64,000 nucleotides of DNA, taken from Bradyrhizobium sp. Lineage in GTDB: Bacteria > Pseudomonadota > Alphaproteobacteria > Rhizobiales > Xanthobacteraceae. Made by a program: the position numbers and the translations under genes. This document shows, piece after piece, positions 30,178 through 39,496 of the stretch; within the stretch, counting starts at the first letter, position 1, and every line of letters begins with the position of its first letter. The stretch spans positions 600 through 64,599 of the forward strand of contig NZ_JAGWUA010000002.1 in NCBI RefSeq assembly GCF_028868675.1. The letters are read 5' to 3'. The notes beneath the pieces were generated by a model. That model did no database searches. It saw only the letters and a list, made by a program, of their open reading frames with translations, and was not told the DNA's origin.

Positions 30178-30594
30178 ATGTCTGAGCAGGCCAACAGGAA
30201 GAAGTTCCTCTACGTCAACCGCAGGGCGCCGTACGGGACGATCTATGCGCTCGAATCGCTCGAGGTCGTGCTGATCGGCGCGGCCTTCGAGCAGGACGTC
30301 AGCCTCGCCTTCATCGATGACGGCGTCTACCAGCTGGTCGCCGGGCAGGACACCGCCGGCGTCGGCATGAAGAATTTCTCGAAGACCTATCGCGCGCTCG
30401 GCGACTACGAGGTGCGCAAGCTCTATGTCGAGCGCGAATCGCTCGCTGAGCGCGGCCTCACGGTCGAGGACCTGATGCCGATCACCTATGAGGACGAGGA
30501 CGACGACTACGCCGAGAAGCCGTCGATCCATCTCACCGACCGTTCGGAGATGGCGAGACTCATCGCCGAACAGGACGTGATCCTGAGCTTCTGA
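30178..30594 (+). CDS. dsrF: DsrF
   Basis: RAPYGTIYALESLE, FIDDGVYQL, ESLAERGL. Confidence 0.95.
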   Translation: MSEQANRKKFLYVNRRAPYGTIYALESLEVVLIGAAFEQDVSLAFIDDGVYQLVAGQDTAGVGMKNFSKTYRALGDYEVRKLYVERESLAERGLTVEDLMPITYEDEDDDYAEKPSIHLTDRSEMARLIAEQDVILSF

Positions 30595-30596
30595 GG

Positions 30597-30911
30597 ATGC
30601 GCATGCCGACCCTGCACACCGTCAACAAGTCGCCCTACGAGCGCTCGTCGCTGGAATCCTGCCTCGATCACGTCGCCGAGGGCGACAGCGTCCTGATGTT
30701 CGAGGATGCGGTCGTCGGCGCCCGCCGCGGCGGAAAATTCATCGCGACGCTGAAGGCCGAGCGGCCGTCATGCGCGCTCTACGTGCTCGGACCGGATCTC
30801 GCGGCGCGCGGCATCAAGCCGGCGGATATCGCGGAGGGAATTTCAGTGGTGGACTATGGCGGCTTTGTCGACCTTGCCGTCGCCAACGCACGGGTCTGCG
30901 CCTGGCTCTGA
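30597..30911 (+). CDS. dsrH: DsrH
   Basis: LHTVNKSPY, FEDAV, DLAARG, VDYGGFVDL. Confidence 0.93.
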   Translation: MRMPTLHTVNKSPYERSSLESCLDHVAEGDSVLMFEDAVVGARRGGKFIATLKAERPSCALYVLGPDLAARGIKPADIAEGISVVDYGGFVDLAVANARVCAWL

Positions 30912-30940
30912 CATAAGGTCGATCATTCGGGAGTGAGACA

Positions 30941-31276
30941 ATGAGCGGATATCAAATCAACGGCACGGTCGCCGAGCACGACGAGGAAGGCTATCTCAAG
31001 GACATCGGCGAATGGAATACCGACCTCGCCGGTCTGATCGCCAAGAGCGAGAACATCGAGATGACGCCGGATCACTGGGAGGTCGTGAATTTCCTCCGTG
31101 ATTACTACGAGGAATATCAGATCGCGCCGGCCGTCCGCATCCTCGTGAAGGAGATGACCAAGAAGTTCGGCAAGGAGAAGGGCGATCAGAAGGCGCTCTA
31201 CGCCCTGTTCCCGTACGGCCCGGCGAAGCAGGCTTGCAAGATCGCCGGCCTGCCGAAGCCGACCGGTTGCGTCTGA
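30941..31276 (+). CDS. dsrC: DsrC
   Basis: C-terminus QACKIAGLPKPTGCV with both conserved Cys. Confidence 0.97.
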   Translation: MSGYQINGTVAEHDEEGYLKDIGEWNTDLAGLIAKSENIEMTPDHWEVVNFLRDYYEEYQIAPAVRILVKEMTKKFGKEKGDQKALYALFPYGPAKQACKIAGLPKPTGCV

Positions 31277-31312
31277 CGGGGCAGCGCAGCAGTCCGCGCG
31301 GGAGAGAGGGCG

Positions 31313-32038
31313 ATGCTGACGTCGGTCTTTGCGGTGATGCTCTATATGGCCACGCTCGTGATGGCGGCGGGCCTCGGTCATCGCATCTGGCTTTACGCGA
31401 CGACGCCCGCGCCGCTGAAGATTCCGACCATGCCGGCGCCGACGACGCGCGGCGGCGTCGTGCTGCGAATGCTGTCCGAGGTCGTGGTCTTCCGCAGCCT
31501 GTTCAAGGCGAACAAATGGATCTGGCTGTTCGGCTGGGTCTTCCATGCGGCGCTGGCTCTGGTCGTGATGCGCCACCTGCGATACTTCCTGCAGCCCGTG
31601 CCGGAAGCCATCGTTCTGATCCAGCCGTTCGGCGTGCTTGCGGGCATCGCGATGGTCGCTGCGCTCGTCGCGCTCTGGGCGCGTCGCCTCCTCGTGCCCC
31701 GTATCCGCTACATCAGCAGCCCGTCGGACCACCTGATGCTGGTCCTCCTGCTTGCGATCGGCGCAAGCGGGCTCGCGATGAAGTTCTGGGCCCACACCGA
31801 CATCGTGGCCGCGAAGGCCTTCTGCCTGGGCCTCGTCTATCTCGATTGGCAGCCGCTGCCGGCCGATCCGGCGCTGCTGGTCCATCTGACCCTGGTCGCG
31901 GTCCTGATGCTGATCTTCCCGTTCTCGAAACTGCTGCATGCGCCCGGCGTGTTCTTCAGTCCCTCGCGCAATCAGGCGGACGACAGCCGGGAGCGGCGGC
32001 ACGTTCCGCCCGTTCGGCTCGAAGCCGTGCCTCGCTAG
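31313..32038 (+). CDS. dsrM: DsrM membrane cytochrome b (NarI-like)
   Basis: PAPLKIPT, FHAAL, RHLRYF, SDHLML, HLTL, FPFSKLLH. Confidence 0.95.
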   Translation: MLTSVFAVMLYMATLVMAAGLGHRIWLYATTPAPLKIPTMPAPTTRGGVVLRMLSEVVVFRSLFKANKWIWLFGWVFHAALALVVMRHLRYFLQPVPEAIVLIQPFGVLAGIAMVAALVALWARRLLVPRIRYISSPSDHLMLVLLLAIGASGLAMKFWAHTDIVAAKAFCLGLVYLDWQPLPADPALLVHLTLVAVLMLIFPFSKLLHAPGVFFSPSRNQADDSRERRHVPPVRLEAVPR

Positions 32039-32057
32039 GCCCCAGGAGAACAGCGCC

Positions 32058-33614
32058 ATGGCGGCAGAACAGAGCAAGTTTGATCCGGTCGCCGACGGAC
32101 GGGGCGATCCGCTCGAGATGCCCCGGCTTGCCTGCGGAGCCATGGCGGCATCGAAGCCTTACGTCGCGACTCCGGCACATCAGCAGGCGCTCGGCTTTCC
32201 CGGTGAACTGGTCGAGGACTGGCAGGACAAGGCGATTGCCCGTCTCGGCGAACTGCTCGAGGAGTCGCGGTCGCTGCGCGTCTATCTGGACGCCTGCGTT
32301 CGCTGCGGCGCCTGCACCGACAAGTGCCACTACTTTCTGGGTACCGGCGATCCCAACAACATGCCGGTCGCCCGCCAGAACCTGCTGCGCAAGATCTACC
32401 GGCGCTACTTCACCCTGAGCGGCAAGCTCTTTCCCTGGCTCGTCGGCGCGGAGGATCTCACCAAGGACGTGCTCGAGGAGTGGTACAGCTACTTTCACCA
32501 GTGCTCGCAGTGCCGCCGATGCTCGGTGTTCTGCCCGTATGGCGTCGATACCGCCGAAATCTCCATGGCCGCGCGCGACATCATGGATAGCATCGGCCTC
32601 GGCCAGAAATATTCCAACGAGATCATCGGCAAGGTCTTCAACATCGGCAACAACCTCGGCCTGCAGCCCAAGGCGCTCAAGGCCACGCTTGCGGGGCTGG
32701 AAGAGGACATCGAGGAGGAGACCGGCGTCCCGGTCCGCCTGCCGCTCGACGAGAAGGGCGCCACCATCCTGCTGGTGACGCCGAGCGCCGACTTCTTTGC
32801 CTCGCCGCACATGGAGGGCCTGATCGGCTACGCCAAGGTCCTGCACGAGTCCGGCGTGAGCTGGACGCTGAGCACCCAGGCCTCGGAGGCCGCCAATTTC
32901 GGCATGTTCGTCGGGTCGCAGGATGCGATGCAGAAGATCGCGCTGCGCATCCGCAAGGCGGCGCAGGATCTCGGCGTCAAGCGCATCGTCTTCGGCGAAT
33001 GCGGGCACGCCTGGCGGGTGGCCTACAGCTTCCTCGACACCCTCGCCGGGCCCTTCGATTTTCTCGACCGCAACTATCCGGTTCCGCAGCACATCTGCGA
33101 GTTCACCCACGACCTCATCCAGCAGGGCAAGCTGCGGTTCGACAAGTCGAAGAACGACGAGTTTCGCCTGACGTTTCACGATTCCTGCAACGTGGCGCGC
33201 GCCTCGCGCATGGGGCGAGAGCCGGGCGGTCAGTTCGAGATTCCCCGCGCCGTTCTTCGCGCGGTCTGCAACCACTTCTTCGACATGGCGCCGGACACGA
33301 TCCGCGAGAGCACGCTGTGCTGTGGCGGCGGCGGCGGCCTGCTCACCGACGAGTTGATGGACCTCCGCCTCAAGGGGGCGATGCCGCGCATGCGCGCGCT
33401 GCGGGAGGTCGCCGAGGAGCATGGCGTGACGCACATGGCCGCGATCTGCGCCATCTGCAAGGCGCAGTTCTCGAAGGTTCTGCCGCAATACGGTTTCGAG
33501 ATGGACGCAATCGTCAGCGTTCACCAGATGGTCTCGAACGCGCTGGTCCTGACCGGATCGCGCCAGGAGGCCGAGCTGGATGGTAAGGCCGAAGTCGCCT
33601 TGCAGGAGGCGTGA
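32058..33614 (+). CDS. dsrK: DsrK (HdrD-like Fe-S subunit)
   Basis: CVRCGACTDKC, CSQCRRCSVFC, GECGH, HDSC, CCGGGGG, CAIC. Confidence 0.96.
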   Translation: MAAEQSKFDPVADGRGDPLEMPRLACGAMAASKPYVATPAHQQALGFPGELVEDWQDKAIARLGELLEESRSLRVYLDACVRCGACTDKCHYFLGTGDPNNMPVARQNLLRKIYRRYFTLSGKLFPWLVGAEDLTKDVLEEWYSYFHQCSQCRRCSVFCPYGVDTAEISMAARDIMDSIGLGQKYSNEIIGKVFNIGNNLGLQPKALKATLAGLEEDIEEETGVPVRLPLDEKGATILLVTPSADFFASPHMEGLIGYAKVLHESGVSWTLSTQASEAANFGMFVGSQDAMQKIALRIRKAAQDLGVKRIVFGECGHAWRVAYSFLDTLAGPFDFLDRNYPVPQHICEFTHDLIQQGKLRFDKSKNDEFRLTFHDSCNVARASRMGREPGGQFEIPRAVLRAVCNHFFDMAPDTIRESTLCCGGGGGLLTDELMDLRLKGAMPRMRALREVAEEHGVTHMAAICAICKAQFSKVLPQYGFEMDAIVSVHQMVSNALVLTGSRQEAELDGKAEVALQEA

Positions 33615-33625
33615 GGGAGCGGGTC

Positions 33626-35575
33626 ATGAGCGAGACGGTCTCAACCACGAAGCGGAGTTTCCGCCGCTTCAAGAGCGGCGACACGATGTGGAACGATCTG
33701 ACCCGGAAGATCTTCCAGGCCGATCACTCCCACAAATGTCCGACCTATGTCCACCGCACGGCGCCGTGCCAGGGTAGCTGCCCGTCAGGCCACGACATAC
33801 GCGGCTGGCTGGCGATTGCGCGCGGCATGGACAAGCCGCCGGTCGCCGGCATGGCATGGCAGGAATACGCCTTTCAGCGCATGGTCGAGGCCAACCCGTT
33901 TCCCGCCACGATGGGCCGCGTCTGTCCCGCGCCGTGCGAGGACGGCTGCAGCCGCAACGAGGTCGACGATTTCGTCGGCATCAATGCCGTGGAGCAGTAT
34001 GTCGGCGACTGGGCCATCGAGCACAAGCTGTCGCTGCCCGCGGCGCCCGCGCCGGACGGCAAGCGCGTCGCGGTCGTCGGGGGCGGTCCGGCCGGTCTCG
34101 CCGCGGCCTATTTTCTCAGGCGCAAGGGCCATGCGATCGTGCTGTTCGATGCGCATGACAAGCTCGGCGGCATGATGCGCTTCGGCATTCCCGGCTACCG
34201 CACGCCGCGCCAGATGGTCGACGCGGAGATCGATCGGATTCTCGCGCTCGGGGGCATCGAGACGCGGCTCGGCGTCACCGTCGGCAAGGACGTTGCGCTC
34301 GACGAACTGGATCGGGAGTTCGATGCGGTCTACTGGGCCTGCGGCGCCCAGAAGGGCCGGCCGCTGCCGGTACCCGGCGCGGACGCCGAGAATTGCATCA
34401 CCGGCGTCGAATTCCTCGATGCCTTCAACCAGGGCTGGGTGTTCTCGACGGCCAAGCGCATCGTCGTGGTCGGCGGCGGCGACACCTCGATCGACGTCGC
34501 CTCGGTGGCGCGTCGTCTCGGCCACATCGGAGTGACGAACCCGCACGACACTGCCGACCACGCGGCCTTCGGCTTTACCGCGCAGGACGTCGCGGGAACT
34601 CTGCGGCGAGAGGGTGTGGAGGTTGTACTCACATCGCTCTTCCCGGTCGAGCAGATGACCGCGGCCGAGCACGAGCGTGAAGACGCCAAGCGGGAGGGCG
34701 TGGAGATCAAGGGCGGCGTCATGCCGCTTGCGATCGTCAAGGACGCGCAGAACCGCGCCACCGCCGTGCGCATGTGCCGATGCACCATGAAGGGCATGAC
34801 GCCGGTCCCGGTCGACGGCACGGAGTTCGAGATCCCCTGCGACATGATCATTTCCGCGATCGGACAGATGGCGGATTTTGCCGACGGGCTCGAGAAGCTG
34901 GACGGCGGACGCGGCGCCATCGCCATCGACGGCTCCTACAAGGTCCGCAACACCGCCAAATATTTCGCCGGCGGCGACGTCGTGCGGCCGCATCTGCTGA
35001 CGACCGCGATCGGTCATGGCCGCATCGCCGCCGAAACCATCGACCGCTTCCTCGCCGGTCTTCCCGAAGACAGGCGGCCGAAGGTCGACGTGCACCAGTT
35101 CAATCTGCTGCAGGAGTTGCACGCCCGCGGCCTCGATCCCGACCCCTACGACCACACCCAGAGGCGCGGGACGTCGGGCGGCAGCTTCGCAGTCCACAAC
35201 TACGAGGATCGCTCGGCGACGCAGGTGATCTCGCACGAGGAGCTGTTCAAGGGGCATTTCGGCTTCGTCCCGCGCGGGCGGCGCGCCACGCGCGAGGTCG
35301 GCGCCGAGAGCGTGCTGGGCGATTTCGAAGAGCGCATGCATGGACTGACCGAGGAGCAGGCCCGCAAGGAGGGCGAACGCTGCATGAGCTGCGGCCTGTG
35401 CTTCGAGTGCGACAATTGCGTGATCTTCTGTCCGCAGACCGCGGTGCAGCGCGTGCCGAAGAAGGAGCGCGCCGTCGGCCGCTACGTCACCACCGACTAC
35501 ACCAAGTGCATCGGCTGCCACATCTGCATGGATGTCTGCCCGACCGGCTACATCCAGATGGGGCTGGGAGAGTAG
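33626..35575 (+). CDS. dsrL: DsrL iron-sulfur flavoprotein (DsrL-1-like)
   Basis: CQGSCPSGHDIRG, MGRVCPAPCE, GGGPAG, GGGDT, TSLFP (no YRR), C-terminal ferredoxin motifs. Confidence 0.95.
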   Translation: MSETVSTTKRSFRRFKSGDTMWNDLTRKIFQADHSHKCPTYVHRTAPCQGSCPSGHDIRGWLAIARGMDKPPVAGMAWQEYAFQRMVEANPFPATMGRVCPAPCEDGCSRNEVDDFVGINAVEQYVGDWAIEHKLSLPAAPAPDGKRVAVVGGGPAGLAAAYFLRRKGHAIVLFDAHDKLGGMMRFGIPGYRTPRQMVDAEIDRILALGGIETRLGVTVGKDVALDELDREFDAVYWACGAQKGRPLPVPGADAENCITGVEFLDAFNQGWVFSTAKRIVVVGGGDTSIDVASVARRLGHIGVTNPHDTADHAAFGFTAQDVAGTLRREGVEVVLTSLFPVEQMTAAEHEREDAKREGVEIKGGVMPLAIVKDAQNRATAVRMCRCTMKGMTPVPVDGTEFEIPCDMIISAIGQMADFADGLEKLDGGRGAIAIDGSYKVRNTAKYFAGGDVVRPHLLTTAIGHGRIAAETIDRFLAGLPEDRRPKVDVHQFNLLQELHARGLDPDPYDHTQRRGTSGGSFAVHNYEDRSATQVISHEELFKGHFGFVPRGRRATREVGAESVLGDFEERMHGLTEEQARKEGERCMSCGLCFECDNCVIFCPQTAVQRVPKKERAVGRYVTTDYTKCIGCHICMDVCPTGYIQMGLGE

Positions 35576-35579
35576 AGGG

Positions 35580-36041
35580 ATGCGGCGACCCCGGACCATG
35601 GCGCCGATCGTGGCCTCGATGGTCATCGTCGCCGCTGTCTCCGGCATGAGCGCGTTTGCCGGGGACGGCACGCCCGTTCCGCATCCGCCCAGGGGCAAGG
35701 GCGAGCGCTGCGTCGCCGACACCGGCTTCATGCGCAAGAACCACATGAAGATGCTGCTGCATCACCGCACCGAGGCCGTGCACCTCGGCGTGCGTACGCC
35801 GCAATACGACCTCAACGGCTGCGTGAGCTGCCATGCGGTCGAGGGTTCCGACGGCAAGCCGGTGAGTTTTGCGAGCGATCGGCACTTTTGCAAATCTTGC
35901 CACAGCTACGCGGCGGTCTCGATCGACTGCTTCGAGTGTCATGCCTCGCGGCCCGAGGTGCAGGGCAAGACCGCATTCGTCGCGCCGGCCGACAGAGAGG
36001 TTGCAGCGATCGATCGATACCTGCGGGACATCAGGCCATGA
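35580..36041 (+). CDS. dsrJ: DsrJ triheme cytochrome c
   Basis: CVSCH, CKSCH, CFECH; MRKNHM; start could be 35598. Confidence 0.93.
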   Translation: MRRPRTMAPIVASMVIVAAVSGMSAFAGDGTPVPHPPRGKGERCVADTGFMRKNHMKMLLHHRTEAVHLGVRTPQYDLNGCVSCHAVEGSDGKPVSFASDRHFCKSCHSYAAVSIDCFECHASRPEVQGKTAFVAPADREVAAIDRYLRDIRP

Positions 36042-36781
36042 GCACCGAACCGCAGCAAGCTCTCCCTGACCGCAGGACCATGCTGCGCGGCCTCGGCGGC
36101 GCCTTCGCGACGCTGCTCGCGCCGGGCGTAACTCTCTACGCCTTCGGCGCCAACGACGCGCAGGCGCAGGCGTCGCCAAAAGTGCGCTGGGCGCTCCTGA
36201 TCGATCTCGGCAAATGTCCCGCCGGCTGCGACCTCTGTGTGACCGCTTGTCGCGAGGAGAACGGCTGGCAGGGAAACGGGCGGGCGGAAACCGACGCGCA
36301 GTGGATCCGCAAGGTGCGGCTGCGCGACGCGCGCACCGGTCAGGATCGCGAGGTCCCGGTGATGTGTCAGCATTGCGACAAGCCGGCCTGCGTCGACGTT
36401 TGCCCGACCGGCGCCTCGTTCAAGCGGCCGGACGGCATCGTGCTCGTCGACAAGCACATCTGCATCGGCTGCCGCTTCTGCATGATGGCGTGCCCCTACA
36501 AGGCGCGCTCCTTCGTGCATGAGCCGGTGACGGACCAGAAGCCCTGGGCGCCGCGCGGCAAGGGAACGGTGGAAGGCTGCACTCTCTGCGTCCATCGCTT
36601 GGACGCCGGGCGGCCTCCCGCCTGCGTCGAAACCTGTGCCGCCAAGGGCGGCGGCGCGATGCTGTTCGGCGATCTCAACGATCCCGGCAGCGAGATCGCG
36701 AAGGCTGTCGCAAGGCACGCGCCGGCGCAGATCCGCTCCGACCTCGGGCTGGAGCCCGCGGTCCGGTATCGAAACCTCTGA
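36038..36781 (+). CDS. dsrO: DsrO periplasmic Fe-S protein
   Basis: Tat DRRTML; CQHCDKPACVDVCP, CIGCRFCMMACP, CTLC. Confidence 0.93.
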   Translation: MSTEPQQALPDRRTMLRGLGGAFATLLAPGVTLYAFGANDAQAQASPKVRWALLIDLGKCPAGCDLCVTACREENGWQGNGRAETDAQWIRKVRLRDARTGQDREVPVMCQHCDKPACVDVCPTGASFKRPDGIVLVDKHICIGCRFCMMACPYKARSFVHEPVTDQKPWAPRGKGTVEGCTLCVHRLDAGRPPACVETCAAKGGGAMLFGDLNDPGSEIAKAVARHAPAQIRSDLGLEPAVRYRNL

Positions 36782-36798
36782 GGGACGGCGGAGCGCGA

Positions 36799-38016
36799 AT
36801 GGCGAAGCTCAGGTTCCAGCGGCTCGAACGGTCCAGCCCGGCATCATGGGCCATGATCGGATTGCAGGTGCTGCTGCTCGCTCTCGGTCTGGCCGCGGCG
36901 CTCTATATGGAGGAGCACGGTCACGCCGTCAGCGGAATGAGCAACCAGATCGTCTGGGGTCTGCCGCATGTCTTCGCGGTCTTCCTGATCGTCGCGGCGT
37001 CCGGCGCGCTCAACGTCGCCTCGATCTCGTCGGTGTTCGATCGTCCCGCCTACAAGCCTTATGCGAGGCTGTCCGGCCTGCTCGCGATCGCGCTGCTCGT
37101 GGGCGGGCTCGCGGTCCTCGTCCTCGATCTCGGCCGGCCGGAGCGGCTCCTGGTGGCGATGACCACCTACAATTTCAAATCGATCTTCGCCTGGAACATC
37201 TATCTCTATTCGGGCTTCGTGCTGATCGTCGGTGCCTACCTGTTCGCCATGATGGACCGGCGAGCCTCGCAGTCCACTCGGCTCGGCAAGACGATGGGAT
37301 GGATCGCCTTCGGCTGGCGTCTCGTGCTGACCACGGGCACCGGCTCCATCTTCGGCTTCCTTGCGGCACGCGAGGCCTACGACGCCGCGATCATGGCGCC
37401 GCTCTTCATCGCGGCGTCGTTCCTCTACGGGCTCGCCTTCATGGTGCTCGTGCTGGCGGCCGCAAACCGCGACGCGGGGCACGAGCTTCTGACCGCCGAC
37501 ATCGGCAAGAGCTTCCGCTTCCTGTTGAGCATTTTCGCGCTGTCACTCCTGTACTTCACGGTCGTTCACCATCTGACAAAGCTCTATGCGGGCGGCCATC
37601 GAGGCGTGGAGATTTTTCTGCTCCGCGATGGCGGCATCTATACGCTCCTGTTCTGGCTCGGCCAGATCGCATGCGGGACGCTGCTGCCGCTCGGACTGCT
37701 CGCCGCGGCGCGCGATCCGGCGGCGGTTCGCCGTGCGCTTCCGCGGGCCTCCCTTCTCTTCCTGATCGGCGGTCTTGCGCAGATGTATGTCGTCATCGTC
37801 GGAGGCCAGGCCTATCCGTTGAAATTGTTTCCCGGCTTCGAGGCGTCGAGCTCGTTCTTCGACGGCGTCGTCGCGAGCTATCATCCGTCGCTGCCGGAGT
37901 GGCTGCTCGGCATCGGCGGCATGGCGCTGGCGCTGCTGCAGGTCAGTCTTGCGCTGCGGTTGATGCCGTTCCTGCCCGAAGCCCGGACGGCTGATCGATC
38001 ACCGGTGGCGGCGTGA
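36799..38016 (+). CDS. dsrP: DsrP (NrfD-family membrane protein)
   Basis: IVWGLPHV, VAASGALN, DLGRPERL. Confidence 0.95.
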   Translation: MAKLRFQRLERSSPASWAMIGLQVLLLALGLAAALYMEEHGHAVSGMSNQIVWGLPHVFAVFLIVAASGALNVASISSVFDRPAYKPYARLSGLLAIALLVGGLAVLVLDLGRPERLLVAMTTYNFKSIFAWNIYLYSGFVLIVGAYLFAMMDRRASQSTRLGKTMGWIAFGWRLVLTTGTGSIFGFLAAREAYDAAIMAPLFIAASFLYGLAFMVLVLAAANRDAGHELLTADIGKSFRFLLSIFALSLLYFTVVHHLTKLYAGGHRGVEIFLLRDGGIYTLLFWLGQIACGTLLPLGLLAAARDPAAVRRALPRASLLFLIGGLAQMYVVIVGGQAYPLKLFPGFEASSSFFDGVVASYHPSLPEWLLGIGGMALALLQVSLALRLMPFLPEARTADRSPVAA

Positions 38017-39428
38017 CCATGGGCAGGCTGTTCATTTCTGCGACCCACAAGTCCTCGGGCAAGACCACGATCTCGGTCGGGCTTGCCGGCGCGCTCGCCG
38101 CGCGCGGCCTGGCGGTCCAGACCTTCAAGAAGGGTCCGGACTACATCGATCCGATGTGGCTTGCGTGGGCGAGCGGCCGCGCCTGCTACAATCTCGACTT
38201 CAATACCCAGAGCGAGCCCGAGATAATGGCGAGCTTTCGCAGCCGCTCGCGCGGCGCCGACATCGTGCTGGTCGAGGGCAACAAGGGACTTCACGACGGC
38301 GTCGATCCCGCGGGAAGCGACAGCAGCGCGGCGCTGGCGCGCCTGCTCCGCACGCCCGCGATCCTGGTGGTGGATGCCATGGGCATGGCGCGGGGCATCG
38401 CGCCGCTCGTGCTCGGCTACACGGCGTTCGACCCGAAGGTCGACGTCGCCGGGATCATCCTCAACAGGGTCGGCGGGGCGCGGCAGGAGTCCAAGCTCCG
38501 TCAGGCGCTCGAACGTTACACCAGCGTGCCGGTGCTGGGCGCAATCGGACGCGACGACGCGCTCGCGGTCGCGGAACGGCATCTCGGCCTGACGACGCCA
38601 GCCGAAGATGCCGGCCGCGACGAGAAGCTCGCGCATATGGGTGAGGTGGTCGCGCGCAATGTCGACCTGGATCGGCTGACCGCGATCGCAGCGGCGGCGG
38701 GACGTCCAGCGGGACCTGCCGTGATCGAGATGCCCGCGCCGCGCGACATCCGGGTCGCCGTGGCGCGCGACGCTGCCTTCGGCTTTTACTATGCCGACGA
38801 CCTCGAGGCGCTGGAGCGGGCCGGCGCGAAGCTCGTCTTCGTCGATCTCCTGCGCGACGAGCGGCTTCCGCCGGTCGACGCGTTGTTCATCGGCGGCGGC
38901 TTTCCCGAGACGCAGGCGGCTGCGCTCGCCGCCAACGGCGCAATGCGCGCTCATCTGCGCGCTGCGATTCGTGGCGGCTTGCCGACTTATGCCGAATGCG
39001 GCGGTCTGATGTATCTGACGCGTTCCATCGCATTCCGCGGCGAGGTCCACGACATGGTCGGGGTCGTCCCGGCCGACACGGTCGTAGGCCAACGCCCGCA
39101 GGGGCGGGGCCTCGTCGTTCTCGAGGAGACGGCTGATGCGCCCTGGCCGTTCCGGCCAGAGCGTTCGTCGATTCCGGCGCACGAATTCCACCACGGCGCG
39201 CTGCGGGACATCGATCCAGGCTGCCGCTTCGCCTATCGCGTGCGGCGGGGCCATGGCGTGGACGGCGCGCGTGACGGCATCGTCATTCATAATCTTCTCG
39301 CCGGCTTCAGTCACTTGCGCGACACCTCGCGTCATCGCTGGGCGCGGCGCTTCATCTCGTTCGCGCGCATGGTGCGCAACAGCGGCGGCTGCGCCGCTGC
39401 GGATCGGAGGCAGCTTGCCGAGCATTAG
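38013..39428 (+). CDS. dsrN: DsrN siroheme amidase (CbiA/CobB-like)
   Basis: KSSGKTT, FKKGPDYIDP, EGNKGLHDG, AECGGLMYL, HEFH; directly follows dsrP. Confidence 0.92.
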   Translation: MTMGRLFISATHKSSGKTTISVGLAGALAARGLAVQTFKKGPDYIDPMWLAWASGRACYNLDFNTQSEPEIMASFRSRSRGADIVLVEGNKGLHDGVDPAGSDSSAALARLLRTPAILVVDAMGMARGIAPLVLGYTAFDPKVDVAGIILNRVGGARQESKLRQALERYTSVPVLGAIGRDDALAVAERHLGLTTPAEDAGRDEKLAHMGEVVARNVDLDRLTAIAAAAGRPAGPAVIEMPAPRDIRVAVARDAAFGFYYADDLEALERAGAKLVFVDLLRDERLPPVDALFIGGGFPETQAAALAANGAMRAHLRAAIRGGLPTYAECGGLMYLTRSIAFRGEVHDMVGVVPADTVVGQRPQGRGLVVLEETADAPWPFRPERSSIPAHEFHHGALRDIDPGCRFAYRVRRGHGVDGARDGIVIHNLLAGFSHLRDTSRHRWARRFISFARMVRNSGGCAAADRRQLAEH

Positions 39429-39496
39429 GGCGTGCGGGAACGGCCGGCGCGGGAGCGTCGACGGTCAATGGGGCAACAAGCAGCGAGTGAGGGATC

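Noticed and set aside
27230-39428. Dissimilatory sulfate/sulfite reduction (reductive Dsr)
   Set aside because: dsrEFH and a DsrL-1-like gene are present, dsrD and dsrT are absent, and SQR/TusA/DsrE2 are adjacent; all point to the oxidative direction
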